A stretch of 64,000 bases of DNA from assembly GCA_963675665.1 (NCBI GenBank), contig OY776510.1, positions 128,001 through 192,000 on the forward strand, in the 5' to 3' direction. The translations under genes and the position numbers were made by a program. Of this stretch, positions 58,775-64,000 are shown in pieces. Under the pieces are notes generated by a model that saw only the letters and a program-made list of their open reading frames with translations, was not told where the DNA came from and did no database searches. Source of the DNA: Spirochaetia bacterium (GTDB lineage Bacteria > Spirochaetota > Spirochaetia > UBA9216). The stretch's first letter is position 1. Every line of letters starts with the position of its first letter.

Positions 58775-61700
58775 TTAAAAGAGACCGATCCGGGCTCCGA
58801 CGCTTGGAAGAAGCACTACTTCCGGGCTGACATCCGAGGAGATCAACCAAAGCTGCCCTTCCCAAAAAACCGAAATGTATTTTAAAAAACGCCTATCTTT
58901 AAAACTTATTTTGGGCAATTCAAATTGCCCGACAACTCCAGCAAGAACAACCCCCCAGCTGTCTTCCGAATCAACGGAATTACTGCTGAAATATGAAAAA
59001 TTTGCGCCCAGCGCAGCTGTTGCGGACAATGCGGAAAACTCGGGTCCGAAAAGCCAGGAAAATGGAACCTGCGCAAGGTTTGCAAGAAGCTTGGCCCCAA
59101 ATACATTACCTCCAAAACGGGAGGCACGTTCATACCCCGTATCAGGATCAATCACGGTTTCTGGCGCATAACCGTACTGCATCTGAAGTTTTACGTTGTC
59201 ATCCATAAAGGTCAGACCGAGCCCGGCTGTAAAATATGTAGCGCCAAGCGCCGAGGCGTCAAAGTACATGCCCTGAATAAAACTCGGCGTACTGTAATTA
59301 TCCTTGTCACCATCACGAAGATTCAGCCATACGCCTGTTAATCCGCCGTCATCTGATGCGCTTCCTGATAAAAGCAAATTCCCGAACTGCCGGGAATTTT
59401 CCTCGGGGCTTAACAGATATAAATTCGGAGCTTTTGTATCCATAACTACGCTGCATCGCGAGTATACCATGCTGTCTTCACCGGAAATTCTAACCGCCAG
59501 ATTTAACTCTCCGTCGGGTACTTCTTCGCTGTATAAAGTGAATTCCCATTTCCCGTCTTTTATTCTCAATTTTCTGAAGGTTATGCCTCCGTCAAGGCTG
59601 AATTCCAGTTTGCCCGGCTGCAGTTTTTCAGGATCCTCCGGATCAGATTCAGCCTGTTCATAACCGGCGCTTCCTTCAATTGTAAAACGGTCGGTCACAT
59701 ACTGCTTTTCTGACAGATTGTCAAATGTTACCCACAGGCCGGTATCGGAATAATCAAGTTCGATACTTTCACTTTCAACTTCACTGCCATACTCGTCCGT
59801 CATAAGAGATAATCTGCCCCAACCTGCAGTATAATCATCATCCTGCAGGACGTCACAGCGAAAAAATCCGGAGGAATCTACCTCAACCGTTTTAAACAGC
59901 CTGTCGTTTAATTTAAGATGTACCCTGGAAGCCTTGTCGGGCAAAAACCCCTGAACAGAAAATCTCGGCCCGACTGATTCCCCGGGCAGGGGCGCCAGAA
60001 GTTCAGGCGGCCTGATTCCCTCAGGCAACACTTCTATTACCCTGCTTACAGTACCGGTATTATCTGCTGAATCTACAGCCTCCGCCCTGAAGCTGTAGAA
60101 TCCGGGGGACAAACCATTAATATCAAGAGTCTCCCGGATTGTCCCCCTTGAAGAAATATCTTTTACCGTTTCCATGCCGCTTTCTTTATCATCAAGGGGC
60201 GTCAGAATTGCGGTAAGGCTTTTTAAGCTGCTGTTGTCGAACACCCTTCCGCTCAGCTCAAGGCTGCCCCTGACAGCCTCGCCGTCGGAAGGTTTTGAAA
60301 AGGTTATTTCCGGAGAAGTATTGTCGGTGTTTATAAGAGTTGTAATCATGCTGCTTACCCCGGCATTATCTACAGCCCTGATAAGGATGGATGTTATTCC
60401 GTCGGACAGAAGGCTGGTATCCAGCGGATATGTCCACAGTTCAGTCCCCTCCGCCTTCTGGAAAGTGTTGCCGTTATCATGAGATATTAAAATCGCGGCA
60501 ATCCCGTTTACATCGGAGGATACTCCTTCGAGTAATACGGAACCTTTTACAACCGAATCAAGATCCGGTTTGTTTATTTGTATGAAAGGGGGATCAAGAG
60601 ATACGATAAATTTTCTTTCAACTTCTTCACTCTCAAGACCGTTAAGATCAACAGCTTTGACCCTTACCGTATTAATATCATCTTGCAGTTCGGAAAGCTT
60701 CAACGGAACCGTGAAAAGGTTGCCGCTGCCGGCTTCAAGGTAAGCGCCGTCATTAAGACTGTAACTGACGGAAGCAACACCCTCCTGATCCAGTATCAAA
60801 CCGGACAGCTCAAACCCTGTTTCCGTCGCACTCATTTCTTCGGGAACCTGAATGTCCACAACCGGCATACCCGCAGAAAAATCCAAATCAAGAAGAAGAG
60901 GCTGCTCAACTTTATTTCCTGCATTATCAACAGCTGAAACAAGGACCTGCTCCGGATTAAACCCGAGAGAAGTAAGGTTGACATCAAGATAAAAAACATT
61001 TCCATCCTGTACTGCATCAAAAATAACAGGATCGGTTTCCTGTTTTATAAAGCTTATTTCTATCTTTGAACAGGAATCAATATCGTCCACTTTGCCTGAT
61101 ACGGTTATCTGTTCGGCCCCTTTACTGAACGACGATGTAATAAAAGATAACGAAGGCGCTTTTGTATCCTTCAACAGCGGAATAGAAACAATTTCGGTAT
61201 TACCAAAAATATCCCCGGCTTCAAGTATTACCGTAACTTCACCATCCTCTTGATGTAGTACCGAAACCTCAACCGGATCGCTGCCTGATAAATCGGTATA
61301 AGTTTTTCCCCCGTCGACAGAAAATTTCAGGAAACCGAGAGCGGTGTTATCTGAAGCTGCCGTATCAAGCAGAAAATGTTCGCCTATTATGCTGCCGGGA
61401 GACGGCTGAGTTATTTCTATAACCGGAGAAGTTCTGTCGGAAGCTATATTCATCGGTTTGGATATCAATTCTTTTCCGTTTTCAAGAGTTGCTGTCAAAA
61501 TGATGTCTTCAGCTGCGCCTTCTTCGGAAGCTGTTATCCTGAACCCGTTTCCTGAAAAGGATACATCCAGAAATTCGCCGCCCGACAGATTCATACTTTT
61601 TATCCCGCCGCCGCCCGTCCATCCGCCTAAATAATCCCCTTCGCCCAATACAATATAATCGGACGCAGCAGATTCGGGATATACAAAATACAACCCTTCC

Positions 61701-63418
61701 GGATCAGACAGAGAGTTGTAATAAAAGGTTGTTTGCGCGCTGAATTTCGTTCCGGATCCGTCCTGTCCGGTAACGGAAATATCAATCCTGTCTTCACCGG
61801 CATATCTGGGAAGTTTGATATCAAAATACGCTTCGTCAGGATTATCACCGCTTTTTGGTACAAGCTTTTTTGGAGCGCTATTGTTGAAACTCCATTCCAG
61901 ACCGGAAATTCCGGCGCCCCGGACAGTTCCTGCAAGTTTCGCCTGAATTTCTGAATCAATAACCATACCGGGAAACCATTTTTCATCCTGCTCGTCAATT
62001 GTCAACGAATCAAAGATGATTTCAGGAACCGGATATGCCGTTCTGATATTCCGGCGTATTGTTTCTCCGACCATGCCGAAACTGTCCACCGCACGAATTT
62101 CTATCCGGTTATCTCCGGCGACAACCTGGTCAAGCTGCAAACTCCATGGGCCTGAAACATCAACAGATTTCCAGTCCCCACCGTTAAGTGAGTACTCAAT
62201 CTTTCCGGTAGAACCGTCGTCGTCTTTCATCATGCCGGTCAAAACCGGCATGATGCCGTATATCATTTCATCAACGCTATCGGACACGCCCGGGACAGGA
62301 AGGTCCGCTTCAAGATTCAGCGGGATTCGGAATTTCCCGGATATAACATTGCCGACAATATCAGTCAACAGCATATTGATCCGGGCTTCTTTCTTTTCTC
62401 CCGTTCCGTAATCGAGCGGAAGGACCCATACCGGGTTTCCCGGGCTTAACGAAATCTCGCCTGCAGTCCCGTTGTCAGCCTCGTAGCTTAGAGAAGATAT
62501 TCCTACTTCATCATATGCCCGGCCTATTAGAACAATTCTGCCGTTTACAGATTTTTCAGCTTCCGGATAAATAAGCGTCAATTCCGGCGGCCGATTGTCT
62601 ATATAAAAAAGAAACGACTGTTTTGAGCGTGAACCCAAACCGTCTACTGCTTCCAGCCAGAAAACAAATGAACCGTCCTGATGCAACCGGGTGTCTATCT
62701 TCCTGGAAAATGTCCACTGCCCGTCCGTTGTCCCTTTGGAAAGTTTTATTTCATTATACGTCTTCCCGCCGTCTTCAGAGCATGATAATTTCTCAATACC
62801 GTTTAAATCTGTAACGGTTCCTTCCAGAGCTATCTTTCCTGTTACATAACTTCCGCCGGTATGGGAAATTATATCTATCACAGGTTTAACCGTATCTTTA
62901 AAAAAGGAAACACTTACAGACTCGCTCTCGTTTTGATCCTCATCCCAGGCCCTGGCTTTTATCGTATGTTCTCCATCGTCCCACGCGGAGCAGTCTATAT
63001 TCATTCTCCAGAACGAAGTTCCTTCAGCAGGGCTGAATTCCCCCTCGTCCACCGCAATTTCCACGCGCTCGATTAGTTTATCATCTACGGCCGTGCCGAG
63101 AACATTAAGTGAATTTCCTGCCCGGCTCCCCCGGGAAGGCGTTGAAATTGAAACTTTGGGAATCTGAACAGAGGGATCAATATAAATATTATACGGCCCG
63201 CCCGAACCGGAGTTTCCGGCCTTATCAACTGCATGCAGCAGAATATTATACTCTCCCGGCGGAAGATCCGAAATATCAATACTGTGCTCCCAGTTATCAA
63301 GGCCCGAAACCGGTTGCGTTTCAGAATCATCAGCCTTCCCCATTGCCCACAGGCTGATTGAAAAGAATATAAATATTATTAAAAAACCCAGTCTGCTCCT
63401 GTAGTAATTAATCATCAA
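58775..63418 (-). CDS. Large secreted Ig-like-repeat protein with probable C-terminal beta-barrel
   Basis: Signal peptide; repeated D..PP.I...P...G...D..G...V..S.DGG and A.D.AGN units; amphipathic strands ending ...GARIGLF. Confidence 0.8.
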   Translation of the reverse strand: MMINYYRSRLGFLIIFIFFSISLWAMGKADDSETQPVSGLDNWEHSIDISDLPPGEYNILLHAVDKAGNSGSGGPYNIYIDPSVQIPKVSISTPSRGSRAGNSLNVLGTAVDDKLIERVEIAVDEGEFSPAEGTSFWRMNIDCSAWDDGEHTIKARAWDEDQNESESVSVSFFKDTVKPVIDIISHTGGSYVTGKIALEGTVTDLNGIEKLSCSEDGGKTYNEIKLSKGTTDGQWTFSRKIDTRLHQDGSFVFWLEAVDGLGSRSKQSFLFYIDNRPPELTLIYPEAEKSVNGRIVLIGRAYDEVGISSLSYEADNGTAGEISLSPGNPVWVLPLDYGTGEKKEARINMLLTDIVGNVISGKFRIPLNLEADLPVPGVSDSVDEMIYGIMPVLTGMMKDDDGSTGKIEYSLNGGDWKSVDVSGPWSLQLDQVVAGDNRIEIRAVDSFGMVGETIRRNIRTAYPVPEIIFDSLTIDEQDEKWFPGMVIDSEIQAKLAGTVRGAGISGLEWSFNNSAPKKLVPKSGDNPDEAYFDIKLPRYAGEDRIDISVTGQDGSGTKFSAQTTFYYNSLSDPEGLYFVYPESAASDYIVLGEGDYLGGWTGGGGIKSMNLSGGEFLDVSFSGNGFRITASEEGAAEDIILTATLENGKELISKPMNIASDRTSPVIEITQPSPGSIIGEHFLLDTAASDNTALGFLKFSVDGGKTYTDLSGSDPVEVSVLHQEDGEVTVILEAGDIFGNTEIVSIPLLKDTKAPSLSFITSSFSKGAEQITVSGKVDDIDSCSKIEISFIKQETDPVIFDAVQDGNVFYLDVNLTSLGFNPEQVLVSAVDNAGNKVEQPLLLDLDFSAGMPVVDIQVPEEMSATETGFELSGLILDQEGVASVSYSLNDGAYLEAGSGNLFTVPLKLSELQDDINTVRVKAVDLNGLESEEVERKFIVSLDPPFIQINKPDLDSVVKGSVLLEGVSSDVNGIAAILISHDNGNTFQKAEGTELWTYPLDTSLLSDGITSILIRAVDNAGVSSMITTLINTDNTSPEITFSKPSDGEAVRGSLELSGRVFDNSSLKSLTAILTPLDDKESGMETVKDISSRGTIRETLDINGLSPGFYSFRAEAVDSADNTGTVSRVIEVLPEGIRPPELLAPLPGESVGPRFSVQGFLPDKASRVHLKLNDRLFKTVEVDSSGFFRCDVLQDDDYTAGWGRLSLMTDEYGSEVESESIELDYSDTGLWVTFDNLSEKQYVTDRFTIEGSAGYEQAESDPEDPEKLQPGKLEFSLDGGITFRKLRIKDGKWEFTLYSEEVPDGELNLAVRISGEDSMVYSRCSVVMDTKAPNLYLLSPEENSRQFGNLLLSGSASDDGGLTGVWLNLRDGDKDNYSTPSFIQGMYFDASALGATYFTAGLGLTFMDDNVKLQMQYGYAPETVIDPDTGYERASRFGGNVFGAKLLANLAQVPFSWLFGPEFSALSATAALGANFSYFSSNSVDSEDSWGVVLAGVVGQFELPKISFKDRRFLKYISVFWEGQLWLISSDVSPEVVLLPSVGARIGLF

Positions 63419-63430
63419 GATGTACTCCTT

Positions 63431-64000
63431 CTAATCGGTCAACTCATCAAGCAGCCTTACATACTCCAGTCCGTCGGCAGTATAGCCTACAACCGGCAGA
63501 CCGGCGGAATCTACTCCCATATTAAATCTGTTTGAATCCGTATCCTGAATAAGGTTCGGAACAGTCTGAATCTCCCAGTTCCCTGTAAAAACATCAGACG
63601 TCACGCCGGGGCCTTCAGCGCCTGTATTCCAGGCCACCCTGGCGCTGTTGCCCAAACCTTTGTAAGCTATATAGGGAACTCCGGCTGAACTGACATCGAT
63701 TGTAAGTTTTGAGCCTACAATCAGATAACTGTCGATAGTATATACATCTACATCTGCGGCGGCACTGTTGTATGCCGGAATATACGCATATTTCACATCA
63801 CCGTTATAACTGTCGTAATATGCAAGATGAATATGGTTGCTGCTGTCCACCTTAAGATCAATATATTCAGCATTAATAAAACTCTCTATGGTTATCGGGA
63901 TCGACCAGGTACCGCTGTTGTCCGGGGTTTCATTATAGCTGAATACCAGCTGACCACTGCCGGTGGTATCCAGATAAGCCAGAACGGCTGTTGAACCGTC
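63431..64000 (-). CDS. C-terminal part of a beta-rich (propeller-like) protein, runs off window
   Basis: Frame is open from 64000 to the stop at 63431; blades such as HIHLAYYD and PYIAY. Confidence 0.7.
   Translation of the reverse strand, partial: DGSTAVLAYLDTTGSGQLVFSYNETPDNSGTWSIPITIESFINAEYIDLKVDSSNHIHLAYYDSYNGDVKYAYIPAYNSAAADVDVYTIDSYLIVGSKLTIDVSSAGVPYIAYKGLGNSARVAWNTGAEGPGVTSDVFTGNWEIQTVPNLIQDTDSNRFNMGVDSAGLPVVGYTADGLEYVRLLDELTD

Noticed and set aside
1-64000. CRISPR arrays, IS elements, integrases, prophage, rRNA or tRNA genes
   Set aside because: No regularly spaced repeats or recognisable motifs found by eye; small elements could have been missed

Overview
64 kb of an anaerobic bacterial chromosome, most likely a free-living spirochaete (inferred from gene content). 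The backbone carries pheS/pheT with a Phe-rich leader-peptide attenuator, and a complete sigma54-dependent ato locus (atoS-atoC-atoE-atoB-atoD-atoA) with visible AtoC boxes. It also carries nfo, ppiC, a GntR-LarA-split UxaA-GntP hydroxy-acid operon, a degenerate CLC, a frameshifted Asp/Glu racemase, an HD-GYP protein, pgsA, an M32 peptidase, mobA, a fused PlsAR/Ger-like CoA-activase/reductase with an ArnE-like partner, and a large Ig-repeat surface protein. The best candidate for an undescribed system is the ~14.5 kb block at 37.4-51.8 kb. It encodes two different non-PFL glycyl radical enzymes (GCIE and GCWE Cys loops), each with its own activase, plus a sugar/polyol ABC importer, a HAD phosphatase, an aldehyde:ferredoxin oxidoreductase and MoaD. 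Its two leftward operons share an almost identical promoter and LysR-box architecture around a central lysR. A ~150-nt rod-shaped intergenic RNA candidate and repeated leaderless promoters were also seen. All family calls are from motif recognition and recall, not database searches.
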